From assembly GCF_014205765.1 (NCBI RefSeq), contig NZ_JACIIZ010000005.1, positions 112,837 to 136,836 of the forward strand: a DNA stretch of 24,000 nucleotides, written 5' to 3'. This stretch comes from Nitrospirillum iridis. GTDB taxonomy: Bacteria; Pseudomonadota; Alphaproteobacteria; Azospirillales; Azospirillaceae. A program made the translations under genes and the position numbers. The notes below the pieces were generated by a model. That model searched no databases. It was given only the letters and a program-made list of their open reading frames with translations, and had not been told where the DNA came from. Below, one piece after another: positions 8,965 through 17,161 of the stretch. Position 1 is the stretch's first letter; every line of letters begins with the position of its first letter.

Positions 8965-10569
8965 GTGGCCTGTGCCACCGGCTGGACAGGGTTTGTCCGG
9001 CACGCCCAGAGAGGACTGGACCGTATCCCCCCAGGCGCCGCCTTGGGGCTTTTTCTGCTGCTCCTGGCCGCCTGTGCCGGTGGCCCCGGTGACCCGGGCG
9101 CGGTCCCCGCCGAGCGGTTTTACCAAAGCGCCTACGGCAAGATCGACGAACTGTACCTGGAACCGGTGGACATGCGCCGCCTGGTGGTCGACGGCCTGAT
9201 CCATGCCGGCATGGTCATCCCCAGCCTGACGGTGACGGTGCAGCCGGGCGGCGGCGCGATAACCCTGGCCGTGGGCAGCCGGTCGCCGCGCACCTTCGCC
9301 CTGCCGGACAGTCCTGAGGCGTCCGCCTGGGCGCATTTCGCCGCCACGGTGACCGACTGGACCGCGGCCCAGGCCCCCGACCAGGCGCCCGCCAGCCAGA
9401 CGCGCGAATCCCTTTACCGCGCCCTGCTGGAGGGTGGCACCGCCGACCTCGACCCCTACAGCCGCTATTCCGTGCCCGCCGCCGCCCGTACGGAGCGGTC
9501 GCGGCGCGAGGGCTATATCGGCATCGGCGTGACCCTGGAGGAAACGCCACGCGGCTTTCGCGTCATCGCCATCGCCCCGGGCAGCCCGGCGTCGACCGCC
9601 GGCTTGTGGGTGGGCGACCTGATCACCACCGTGGGCGGCCTGCCGGTGGACGCCGCCGGGGGTGGCGCCGCCCTGACGGTGGAGGGTGTGATGTCCCGCC
9701 TCAGCGGGCCGGAGGGCACGGGCGTGCCCGTGCGCGTCGCCCGGGGGGGCACGACCCTGACCCTGCTGATCAGCCGACAGCGCATCATCCTGCCCACGGT
9801 CACGGCCGAGCGCGCGGGTGCCGTGGGCGTGCTGCACGTCAGCCGGTTCAACGCCGGCACCGCCGACGCCCTGGCCGCCACCATCCATCGCCTGCGCGAC
9901 ACCGATGCCGGCAGCGGCCCGCCCACGGGCTGGGTGCTGGATCTGCGCGGCAACACCGGCGGCCTTCTGGACCAGGCGGTGGCGGTGGCCGACCTGTTCC
10001 TCACCAGCGGGCCCATCCTGACGACCGTCGGCCGCCATCCCGACAGCATGCAACACTATGACGCCACGCCGGGCGATATCCTGGATGGCGCCCCGCTGGT
10101 GGTGCTGGCCGATGGGCAGACGGCCTCCTCCGCCGAAATCGTCCTGGGCGCGCTGGTCGATGGTGGCCGGGCCCTGGACGTGGGCACCACCAGCTTCGGC
10201 AAGGGCGTGGTCCAGACCGTGGCCCCCCTGCCCAACGGCGGGGAGCTGTTCCTCACCTGGTCGCGCATCATGACCCCCGCCGGCCGCATGTTCGACCATC
10301 AGGGCCTGGCACCCGCCATCTGCACCAGCGGCCAGACGGATGCCGGCGCCATCCTCGCCCCCCTGCGCGCCCAGCCCCGCCCCAACCCGGGCATCAGCGG
10401 GGCGGCTGCGGCCTGCCCCGCGGAACGGGACCGGCCGGCGGCCGTGGATCTGAGGGTGGCGGAGGACCTGCTGACCAACCCGCCTCTGCTGCGCCGCGCC
10501 CAATTGGCCGGACAGACCCTGCTGGCGGACCAGCCATCTGCGACGGAGGGTGCCAGCGGCCTGCCCTAG
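8965..10569 (+). CDS. S41 family (C-terminal processing) peptidase, predicted lipoprotein
   Basis: Lipobox LLLLAAC near the N-terminus. PDZ segment IGIGVTLEETPRGFRVIAIAPGSPASTAGLWVGDLITTVGG. S41 core LDLRGNTGGLLDQAVAVADLFL, catalytic-Ser region GQTASSAEIVLGAL and Lys region TSFGKGVVQTV. GTG start 6 nt after GGGAGG. Confidence 0.85.
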   Translation: MACATGWTGFVRHAQRGLDRIPPGAALGLFLLLLAACAGGPGDPGAVPAERFYQSAYGKIDELYLEPVDMRRLVVDGLIHAGMVIPSLTVTVQPGGGAITLAVGSRSPRTFALPDSPEASAWAHFAATVTDWTAAQAPDQAPASQTRESLYRALLEGGTADLDPYSRYSVPAAARTERSRREGYIGIGVTLEETPRGFRVIAIAPGSPASTAGLWVGDLITTVGGLPVDAAGGGAALTVEGVMSRLSGPEGTGVPVRVARGGTTLTLLISRQRIILPTVTAERAGAVGVLHVSRFNAGTADALAATIHRLRDTDAGSGPPTGWVLDLRGNTGGLLDQAVAVADLFLTSGPILTTVGRHPDSMQHYDATPGDILDGAPLVVLADGQTASSAEIVLGALVDGGRALDVGTTSFGKGVVQTVAPLPNGGELFLTWSRIMTPAGRMFDHQGLAPAICTSGQTDAGAILAPLRAQPRPNPGISGAAAACPAERDRPAAVDLRVAEDLLTNPPLLRRAQLAGQTLLADQPSATEGASGLP

Positions 10570-10580
10570 CTGAACCAGCT

Positions 10581-11006
10581 CTAGCCTGTGGCGCCGAAGA
10601 ATCCCGTGATCTGCGGATCGTCAGCGACCATGTGGTCGGTGATGTGAAAGACTTCGGACAGCCATGGGTGCTTCAGCGCCTCATCCCGATCCAGAATCCT
10701 TCCCATTAAGGTCACATGGCGCCAAGGTGAACTGTTGGCGTTCACGAGCCCGACCTGGAAGTTGTGCTTATCCGTCCAGATCTGGAACGGGAACGCGACC
10801 CTATCCTCCGGCGGCACGTCGTCCCCCCATTCACCCAGGCTGATAATGCCACTTAACCGCTTTTCGGGATGATCCTTGGTGAACTGCGCATAACAGACGG
10901 CGTAGGCATCGCCGTCGCGATAGACAAACCGCGTCAGCCGGACTGAGACATTTCCGCAGCAGTCACAGACGGACTCTTGCGGTTCTTCGAATTCAAAGGT
11001 CAGCAT
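10581..11006 (-). CDS. Hypothetical 141-aa protein with N-terminal C-x-CC motif (unknown family), low-GC
   Basis: ATG start preceded by GAGGAA. Sequence: MLTFEFEEPQESVCDCCGNVSVRLTRFVYRDGDAYAVCYAQF... My hand count gives about 57% GC (243/426) and many A/T-ending codons, unlike neighbouring genes. It starts 22 nt downstream of the RebB-like ORF stop. I recognise no family. Confidence 0.6.
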   Translation of the reverse strand: MLTFEFEEPQESVCDCCGNVSVRLTRFVYRDGDAYAVCYAQFTKDHPEKRLSGIISLGEWGDDVPPEDRVAFPFQIWTDKHNFQVGLVNANSSPWRHVTLMGRILDRDEALKHPWLSEVFHITDHMVADDPQITGFFGATG

Positions 11007-11028
11007 GTCGCCTGGTTCCTCTGGCGCT

Positions 11029-11232
11029 TCAACTCATTCCTGCGGGCTCGTGCTCCCGCCGGATGCCGCCTTGCGGCGACTTGGCGCCCTCCACCGAAGG
11101 ACCAGCTGATTCGTCGGTCATGGCCTGGGGCACGTCGCTTTTCACCTGGGCCGGCGTCTCGCCTGCGACCTTCACCGTGTTTTGCGTCACCGCATCGGTG
11201 ATCTGGCTGTTCACGGCAGTGCGGAAGGTCAT
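11029..11232 (-). CDS. RebB ('killing trait', R-body) N-terminal-motif micro-protein, 67 aa
   Basis: Internal ATG at 11232 of track ORF 11029..11406, preceded by aGGAGcgaacctc. The product begins MTFRTAVNSQITDAVTQNTVKVAGETPAQV..., and VNSQITD(A/S)VTQ..V.V.GE.PA is the N-terminal signature I recall for RebB/PF11747 proteins. The remaining 37 aa are hydrophilic and unlike the RebB core. The upstream 58 codons of the track ORF look non-coding. Confidence 0.5.
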   Translation of the reverse strand: MTFRTAVNSQITDAVTQNTVKVAGETPAQVKSDVPQAMTDESAGPSVEGAKSPQGGIRREHEPAGMS

Positions 11233-11426
11233 GAGGTTCGCTCCTGTCATGAGGGGTCCAGCGGGAAGCACGGGATGCGCGCAGGATAGCCCAGGCCGAC
11301 GCATCAAGGTAGCAGGCGCGGCAACGGGTGGATGAGAACCAGCGGCCACCCAGGGTGGAGCGGTCTCATGCATGGCGCGCATCCCCTGCCCCTGCTCCCC
11401 TCCCAACGGCGTTTGGCTCTTTGGCC

Positions 11427-11454
11427 TTGACTCTCAGAGGCCGGTGACTAAAGT
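11427..11454 (+). promoter_or_regulatory. Candidate sigma70-type promoter for rpmG
   Basis: TTGACT (11427-11432), a 16-nt spacer, then TAAAGT (11449-11454), about 110 nt upstream of the rpmG ATG. Pattern match only. Confidence 0.3.
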
Positions 11455-11562
11455 GCCGCGACGCCGTGCCCCTGACGGGCCGCGGTACGAAATCGTTATT
11501 GACCGCCCCCGACCCGCCGCGCCGGCGACCGAACGGGGTTGTCGTAGGTGGGATTAAAGGTC

Positions 11563-11730
11563 ATGGCCAAGCAGAATACCGTGCTGATCCGTCTGATCAG
11601 CTCCGCTGAAACCGGCTTCTTCTACGTGAAGAAGAAGAACCCGCGCAAGACGACCGAGAAGCTGGAATTCCGGAAGTACGATCCGGTCGCGCGCAAGCAC
11701 GTGATCTTCAAGGAAGCCAAGATCAAGTAA
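11563..11730 (+). CDS. rpmG: 50S ribosomal protein L33 (Cys-less form)
   Basis: [55 protein letters not shown] is an unmistakable L33 of 55 aa. ATG 11563 is internal to track ORF 11548..11730. It has no CxxC pairs. Confidence 0.95.
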   Translation: MAKQNTVLIRLISSAETGFFYVKKKNPRKTTEKLEFRKYDPVARKHVIFKEAKIK

Positions 11731-11737
11731 GTCCCGC

Positions 11738-11756
11738 CGCGCCCGTATCGGGCGCG
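11738..11756 (+). other. Short GC hairpin immediately after the rpmG stop
   Basis: cgcgccc (11738-11744) pairs with gggcgcg (11750-11756) around a 5-nt loop. There is no U-tract, so function is unclear. Confidence 0.3.
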
Positions 11757-11829
11757 CTGGTCTGGCCCGATGCCACCGTCCCAAGGCTGGCGGCATGATG
11801 GCCGGAACCAATGTGGACAATGATCAGGC

Positions 11830-11862
11830 AAAGGGCCGCTCCTGGAGCGGCCCTTTCCTATT
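11830..11862 (+). terminator. Intrinsic (rho-independent) terminator, most likely for rpmG
   Basis: aaagggccgctc (11830-11841) and gagcggcccttt (11845-11856) are perfect 12-nt reverse complements around ctg. The GC-rich stem is followed by tttcctatt on the + strand. The reverse orientation lacks a T-run. Confidence 0.65.
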
Positions 11863-11908
11863 GGCACGCCTACGCGCCCGTTTCCGGGCGCCAAGAACCC
11901 TGGAAGCG

Positions 11909-12673
11909 GTGCCCTTGGCCTCCTGCCCGATCTTCGTCATCAATCTGGAGCATGACGTGGTGCGGCGCGCGCACATGGCCAGCCAGTGCGCGCGGCTGGG
12001 CCTGGCGGTGGAGTTCGTGCCCGCGGTGAACGGCCGCCAGCTGAGCGACACGGACCGGGCCGCCTATGATCGCGACAAGACCCTGCGCGTTTATGGCGTG
12101 GAGATGCTGGACACGGAAATCGGCTGCTATCTCAGCCACTACCGCCTGTACCAGCGCATGGTCCGGGAGGACATCCCCGTCGCCCTGATCCTGGAGGACG
12201 ACGTGGAACTAAGCCCCGCCTTCCCCCGGATCGTGCAGGATCTGCTGGCCGATCCCCAACCGGAATGGCAGGTCGTCCGGCTGGAATCCCTGCGACGGCG
12301 CGTCCGCGAACCCAAGAACGCCAAATTCCTGGGCCGGCCGGTGAAGGCGCTGCGCGATGGCGAATTGTACCGCCTCGGCACCCATGTGTTGGGCTTCGGC
12401 GCCTATCTCATCCGTCAGGACGCCGCCCGGCGCATGCTGGACTATGGCCGCCACATTTTCATGCCGGTCGACCAGACCATGGACCGGTACTGGGAAAACG
12501 ACATCCTTCCCTACCTTGTGCGCCCCATCCCCGTGCACCAGCGTGGCGACCTGGCCTCGCGCATCGGGGCCCGGCCGCCTGGGCGGCACAAGGGCCAGCC
12601 CTGGGCCCTGCGGCTGCGCCAACGCTGGCAGCGCCTGTCGGACAGCATCGCCAAGCGCCTGTATCCCTTCTGA
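11909..12673 (+). CDS. Glycosyltransferase family 25 (LPS/LOS biosynthesis type)
   Basis: PIFVINLEHDVVRRAHMASQCARLGLAVEFVPAVNG...EIGCYLSHYRLYQRMVREDIPVALILEDDVEL is the typical GT25 N-terminal domain. The track start ATG 11795 lies upstream of the terminator hairpin at 11830-11856. In-frame starts after the hairpin are TTG 11861, GTG 11909 and TTG 11915. GT25 proteins usually begin a few residues before the I/VxVINL motif. Confidence 0.85.
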   Translation: MPLASCPIFVINLEHDVVRRAHMASQCARLGLAVEFVPAVNGRQLSDTDRAAYDRDKTLRVYGVEMLDTEIGCYLSHYRLYQRMVREDIPVALILEDDVELSPAFPRIVQDLLADPQPEWQVVRLESLRRRVREPKNAKFLGRPVKALRDGELYRLGTHVLGFGAYLIRQDAARRMLDYGRHIFMPVDQTMDRYWENDILPYLVRPIPVHQRGDLASRIGARPPGRHKGQPWALRLRQRWQRLSDSIAKRLYPF

Positions 12674-12705
12674 TCTCGATTCCCGGCCTCAACCCGTTGG
12701 CGTTT

Positions 12706-15150
12706 TCACGCCTCGGGCAACAGCCGGGGCCGCTTTGCCAAACGGGGCGTGGTCGATTCAAGGTCGAGGTTGGGATTGAAGCAGGGGTCGGCATGCATCA
12801 TGTCCGCCCACTGGGCCACCATATAGTCGATCTCACCCGCGAAGCGCCGGCTCTTGGCCGGATCGGTATCCGGCCCGCGCGACACCGATTCCAGATGGTA
12901 CAGCTCCGCCGTCGCCGCCAACACGACCCGATAGCCAGCCGCCCGCAAGCGCAGACAGTAATCCACGTCGTTGAAGGCCACGGTCAGGTCGCGCTCGTTA
13001 AGGCCACCCAGCTCCAGAAACAGCGCGCGCCGCGTCAGCAGGCAGGCGCCGGTGACCGCCGACACATCCTGGGTCAGGGTCGCCCGGCCGGCATAGCCGC
13101 CCTCGCCCCGGGGCAGCCGGCGGTGCACATGGCCGGCGACACCGCCCATGCCGATGGTGACGCCGGCGTGCTGGATGGTGTCATCCGCGTAATACAGCAG
13201 GGCGCCCACCGCCCCCACGTCCGGCAGCATGGCATGGGCCATCATCTGCCCCAGCCAGTCCGGCGTGATCACCACCGTGTCGTTGTTCAGGAGACAGAGG
13301 TATTCGCCCGTGGCCATGCCGGCCGCCCGGTTGTTGAGCCGGGAGTAGTTGAAGGGCCCATCATCACGCAACACCCGGATGGCGCCCACCGACGCCAGCC
13401 CCCCCAGGTACGCCAAGGTCTCCGCGTCCGTGCTGCCGTTATCGACGACGATGATCTCGACGTCGGGGTAGGTGGATACGGTCCGCAGACTGTCAAGACA
13501 GCCGCGCAGCAGGTCCAGCTTGTCCCGGGTGGGAATGATGATGGAAACGCGCGGCGGGGCGACCAGCGCATAGTCCACGCGGTAACCGCCACCGGGCGCC
13601 CGGGACACGGTGCCGGGACGGCCCAGGCGCACCAGATGGTCCTCCACCGCGCGCTTGCCGGCATGCCACGCCTGATCCCCCCCGTCCGCCCCCGGCGGCC
13701 GGGCGCACGCATGATAGAGGATACGGGGGATATGGCGGATGGCGTCGGGCGTCGTCGCCGACGCCAGCCGCAGGATCAGGTCGTACCCGGCAGCACCGCC
13801 GCTGAAGCCGGGGCGGAAGCCACCCACCGCCATCACCAGCGGGCGACGGAACACCCCCAGATGGGCGAAGGCGTCCTGACCCAGCATCAGGGCCGGGTTC
13901 CAGTCCGGCTTGAAGTTGGGATCGCCACGGAAGCCATCCGAGTCGATCTTGTCCTCATCGCTGAACAGGGCATCAGTATCAGGCCAGTGGTCCAGTTCCG
14001 CCGCCACCCAATAGAGGGCGTGGGGCGGCAGTTGGGCGTCGGGCTCCAGCAAGGCGATGTAGTCGCCCCGGGCCAGATCGAGGGCGGCGCCTTCCGCGGC
14101 CGAGGCCCCGCCGCCGGTGCCTAGCGATGCCACCTTGATGCGGCTGTCCAGATCGGCATGGCGCCGCAGGAGCGCCGCCACCGCCGGATCGGCCGGCACG
14201 GGGCCGGCGACGCACAGCTCCCAGTGGGGATAGATCTGCGCCCTCACGGAGTCGATCGCCCGCTCCAGCAAGGGGGCCGAGGACTCATGGATGGGCATCA
14301 GGACGGAGATGACGGGATGCCGGCGCAAGCTCGCGACCGCCGCGCGCAAGCGCGCAAGGGCGGCCTCATCCACGGGGTCGTGCGCCTGGATCCAGGCGTC
14401 GTAGTCGCGGTCGCGGCTGAAGCGCGGCTGGAAGGCCGGCGCCGTCGGCCGCCCCTGTTGGCGGCCCTGCTCCAGGTAATGGACCAGGGGATTGGCGCCG
14501 GCCGCAGCCACATCGGGATTCTGCTCCCAATAGAAACGGGTGGAGAAGTCGGGGCCCGGGTTGCGGCCGGCGGCGGCGCCGACCGTCAGATAGTCCAGAA
14601 CCGGGTCGGCCCCCGCCTCAGGATATTCCTGGCGATACCAGTCGGCATCGAACAGCGGGTCGCCCGCGAGCAGCCGACGCCAGCCCGCCAGCCGCCGCCG
14701 GTGGCGCAATTGCAGGCCCAACCGACCCGTCAGCGCCCAGCCCAGCCAGCGCAGCGGGGGCCGCAACGAGGCCGCCACCCCGGGCAGGCGCGTCAGCAGG
14801 GCGCGCAAGGGCGCGGTAAGGCGCCAGGACGTGCTGGTCTCGATCCCAGCCACGCGTGACCGCAGCCAGTCGATCTCCGCCTGCAGGTCGCCACGCTGCC
14901 GTTCCGCCCGCGCTTGGGCCCGGATCAGCCGCTCGCGCGTCCGCCGTTCCGCCCGGTGGGACTGGGCCGCCGTGGCGGACACCTCCCGGAACGCCTGCGA
15001 CAGGGCCACCACCGCGTCCCGGGGATCGGCATGCTCGGCCAGCAGGGCGGCCAACCGCCAGTCGGCATCGCCCCGGCTCGCCGGCCCGGACTCGAGGGGC
15101 GGGACGGCGGGCGGCGGTTTGGCAACGGACATGGCGGGGATACGGCCCAT
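12706..15150 (-). CDS. Large two-domain family 2 glycosyltransferase with N-terminal coiled-coil region
   Basis: 814 aa. The N-terminus has a charged, heptad-like segment (ERRTRERLIRAQARAERQRGDLQAEIDWLRSR). A repeated (D/N)P(V/L)..YL..G motif follows (ADPVLDYLTVGAAAGRNPG, ANPLVHYLEQGRQQGR). GT2 domain 1: ISVLMPIHESSAPLLERAIDSVRAQIYPHWELCV...YIALLEPDAQL. GT2 domain 2: VSIIIPTRDKLDLLRGCLDSLRTVSTYPDVEIIVVDNGSTD...YLCLLNNDTVV. An alternative start is ATG 15132. Confidence 0.85.
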   Translation of the reverse strand: MGRIPAMSVAKPPPAVPPLESGPASRGDADWRLAALLAEHADPRDAVVALSQAFREVSATAAQSHRAERRTRERLIRAQARAERQRGDLQAEIDWLRSRVAGIETSTSWRLTAPLRALLTRLPGVAASLRPPLRWLGWALTGRLGLQLRHRRRLAGWRRLLAGDPLFDADWYRQEYPEAGADPVLDYLTVGAAAGRNPGPDFSTRFYWEQNPDVAAAGANPLVHYLEQGRQQGRPTAPAFQPRFSRDRDYDAWIQAHDPVDEAALARLRAAVASLRRHPVISVLMPIHESSAPLLERAIDSVRAQIYPHWELCVAGPVPADPAVAALLRRHADLDSRIKVASLGTGGGASAAEGAALDLARGDYIALLEPDAQLPPHALYWVAAELDHWPDTDALFSDEDKIDSDGFRGDPNFKPDWNPALMLGQDAFAHLGVFRRPLVMAVGGFRPGFSGGAAGYDLILRLASATTPDAIRHIPRILYHACARPPGADGGDQAWHAGKRAVEDHLVRLGRPGTVSRAPGGGYRVDYALVAPPRVSIIIPTRDKLDLLRGCLDSLRTVSTYPDVEIIVVDNGSTDAETLAYLGGLASVGAIRVLRDDGPFNYSRLNNRAAGMATGEYLCLLNNDTVVITPDWLGQMMAHAMLPDVGAVGALLYYADDTIQHAGVTIGMGGVAGHVHRRLPRGEGGYAGRATLTQDVSAVTGACLLTRRALFLELGGLNERDLTVAFNDVDYCLRLRAAGYRVVLAATAELYHLESVSRGPDTDPAKSRRFAGEIDYMVAQWADMMHADPCFNPNLDLESTTPRLAKRPRLLPEA

Positions 15151-15265
15151 TCTGCCTGCGGCAAGGCATGGTTACGGCGACCCCGCTGGCGATCCAGTAC
15201 GGGACGCATGGCGCCTTAAAGCACAATTGACGGCGTTTGGGGAGGGGAAGACGGGTCGGGCCGCC

Positions 15266-16714
15266 TCAGCGGGGCAGGCTAAGGTCCGTTGCGTCCACCC
15301 TGACGGGGGGGGCCGCCTCCAGGCTGCTGTCGGTGACAACGCGGTTGCGGCCGGCCCGCTTCGCCTCGTACAGCGCCATGTCGGCGCGGCGCAACAGGCT
15401 GTCGCCCGTCTCCATGCGTCCCTCCGGGCCCACGGCGCCGGCGGCCACCGCCACGCCGACAGAGATGGTGACGGTGATCTGCCCGCCATCGGTGGTGACG
15501 TGGAAGGGGTGCTCGGCGATGCGGCGGCGCAGGCGATCGGCCACCAGCACGCCGGCGGCCAGGTCGGTGTCGGGCATGACGACGACGAATTCCTCGCCGC
15601 CCAGGCGCGCCACCAGATCGAAGTTGCGGAGGTTGCGGCTGGCGCGCAACGCCACCTCCTTCAACACCTCGTCCCCCACGCCGTGGCCATAGGTGTCGTT
15701 CACCACCTTGAAGTGGTCGATGTCGAACAGCAGGGCCGCCACCGGCTTGTGGTTGTCGCCGCCACGGTCCAGCAGGCGCGGCAAATGCGCGCTCAGATAG
15801 CGGCGGTTGAACAAACCGGTCAGGCTGTCGGTCAGGGCCAGCGACAGGCTCTGCTCGTAATTGGCGCGCAGCCGGTCCTGATAGCGCTTGCGCCGAATCT
15901 GGGTGCGGGCGCGGGCCATCAGCTCATTCCGGTCGATCGGCTTGATCAGATAGTCATTGGCGCCCAGTTCCAGGCCCTTGGCCACGCGGTCGATGTCGGT
16001 TTCATCCGCAACCAGCAGCACGGGCACCTGCCGCGTCTTCTCCTGCGAGCGCAGCTGCGAGCACAGGCGCAAGCCATCCTCGCGCATTAGCGTCAGGCTG
16101 ATGACGATGAAGTCGAAGTCACCGGCCAAGGCCCGTTCCAGGCCGCTGGCGCAGGTGTCGGCCGACGCGACCCGGCCGCGGTCACGGCCCAACGTCTCGG
16201 TGATCTTGTCCAGGTCGATGGAGCTGTCCTCCACCACCAGAACGTTGGCGCCTTCCGCCGACTGGTTGTGCATGCTGTCGGTGGAGACCAGCATGCCCAG
16301 CTGGCCCGAGGTGCTTTCGCGCAGGCGCCATTCATCCATCATCATCTTGAGACGGACCAGGGAGCGCACGCGGGCGAACAGCGCCACGTCGTTGACGGGT
16401 TTGGTCAGGAAATCGTCGGCGCCGGCCTCCAGCCCGCGCACCCGATCGGCGATATCGGAAAGGGCCGTCACCATCACGACGGGGATGTGCATGATGGCGG
16501 GGTCGCTGCGGATACGCTCGCACACCTCGAAGCCATCCATGCCGGGCATCATGACGTCCAGCAGCACGATATCCGGCGCCTGCGCCTTGATCTTGTCCAG
16601 CGCCTCGGGCCCGCTGCTGGCGGTGATGACATCGAAATACTCGCGCGTCAGCTTCGCCGCGAGCAGCTTGACGTTGGGTAAGACATCATCAACGACCAGG
16701 ACGCGAGCCGACAT
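15266..16714 (-). CDS. pleD: Response regulator / diguanylate cyclase PleD (REC, degenerate REC, GGDEF)
   Basis: MSARVLVVDDVLPNVKLLAAKLTREYFDV...LLDVMMPGMDGFEVCERIRSDP...FLTKPVNDVALFARVRSLVRLK closely resembles PleD. The second receiver lacks the acceptor Asp (IVISLTLMREDG). The GGDEF domain has a GGEEF active site and an RNFD (RxxD) I-site 5 residues upstream. Confidence 0.9.
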   Translation of the reverse strand: MSARVLVVDDVLPNVKLLAAKLTREYFDVITASSGPEALDKIKAQAPDIVLLDVMMPGMDGFEVCERIRSDPAIMHIPVVMVTALSDIADRVRGLEAGADDFLTKPVNDVALFARVRSLVRLKMMMDEWRLRESTSGQLGMLVSTDSMHNQSAEGANVLVVEDSSIDLDKITETLGRDRGRVASADTCASGLERALAGDFDFIVISLTLMREDGLRLCSQLRSQEKTRQVPVLLVADETDIDRVAKGLELGANDYLIKPIDRNELMARARTQIRRKRYQDRLRANYEQSLSLALTDSLTGLFNRRYLSAHLPRLLDRGGDNHKPVAALLFDIDHFKVVNDTYGHGVGDEVLKEVALRASRNLRNFDLVARLGGEEFVVVMPDTDLAAGVLVADRLRRRIAEHPFHVTTDGGQITVTISVGVAVAAGAVGPEGRMETGDSLLRRADMALYEAKRAGRNRVVTDSSLEAAPPVRVDATDLSLPR

Positions 16715-16777
16715 GACACCACTTATTCCGGCCGCGTCTCGGAGGGCGCGGCTTCATGCAAGGTACTGTTGCGCAGC

Positions 16778-17161
16778 CTAATCCAGAAAGCGCCGAACTG
16801 TCCGGATGAAAGTGGCAACCGAAATGGGTTTGGCGATGTAATCGTCACAACCGCCCTCCCGGATACGCTGCTCGTCCCCCTTCATGGCGAAGGCCGTGAC
16901 AGCGATGACCGGAATGTTTCCAAGCTCTTGATCCTCCTTCAACCAGCGCGTCACGTCCAGACCGGAAAGCTCCGGAAGCTGTATATCCATAAGTATAAGA
17001 TCCGGACGGTGTGTCCGCGCCAGTTCCACGGCCATGCCACCATCGCGGGTCTGCACCGTGCGATAGCCGTGCGCCTCTAGCAGATCGTTGAAGAGCTTCA
17101 TGTTGAGCTCATTGTCCTCGACGATGAGGACACATTTTGCAGGGGTGGCGACCGTGGCCAT
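16778..17161 (-). CDS. divK: Single-domain cell-cycle response regulator DivK
   Basis: [25 protein letters not shown]...[62 protein letters not shown] is the DivK signature. It lies 63 nt upstream of pleD on the same strand, the conserved divK-pleD operon. Confidence 0.9.
   Translation of the reverse strand: MATVATPAKCVLIVEDNELNMKLFNDLLEAHGYRTVQTRDGGMAVELARTHRPDLILMDIQLPELSGLDVTRWLKEDQELGNIPVIAVTAFAMKGDEQRIREGGCDDYIAKPISVATFIRTVRRFLD

Noticed and set aside
8890-10503. 537-aa minus-strand ORF antisense to the S41 peptidase gene
   Set aside because: Same reasoning. The plus-strand frame carries the PDZ and S41 catalytic motifs, and the antisense product is Gly/Ala/Arg/His-rich with no domain signature.
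11272-11385. Perfect 11-bp inverted repeat gggatgcgcgc / gcgcgcatccc separated by 92 nt, upstream of the RebB-like ORF
   Set aside because: By rough estimate, one to a few such 11-bp GC-rich matches within about 150 nt are expected by chance in 24 kb. There are no flanking direct repeats or other hallmarks of a MITE or IS end.
11233-11406. Upstream 58 codons of track ORF 11029..11406
   Set aside because: There is no RBS at 11406, and the sequence (MGGEQGQGMRAMHETAPPWVAAG...) is not protein-like. The internal ATG at 11232 has a GGAG RBS and places the VNSQITD motif at the position expected for RebB-type proteins.
12265-16090. Plus-strand ORFs 12265..14124 (619 aa), 14158..14859 and 14831..16090 (419 aa), antisense to the GT2 and pleD genes
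   Set aside because: These are shadow ORFs opposite well-supported genes. Their composition (R/G/P/H/Q-rich) is not protein-like.
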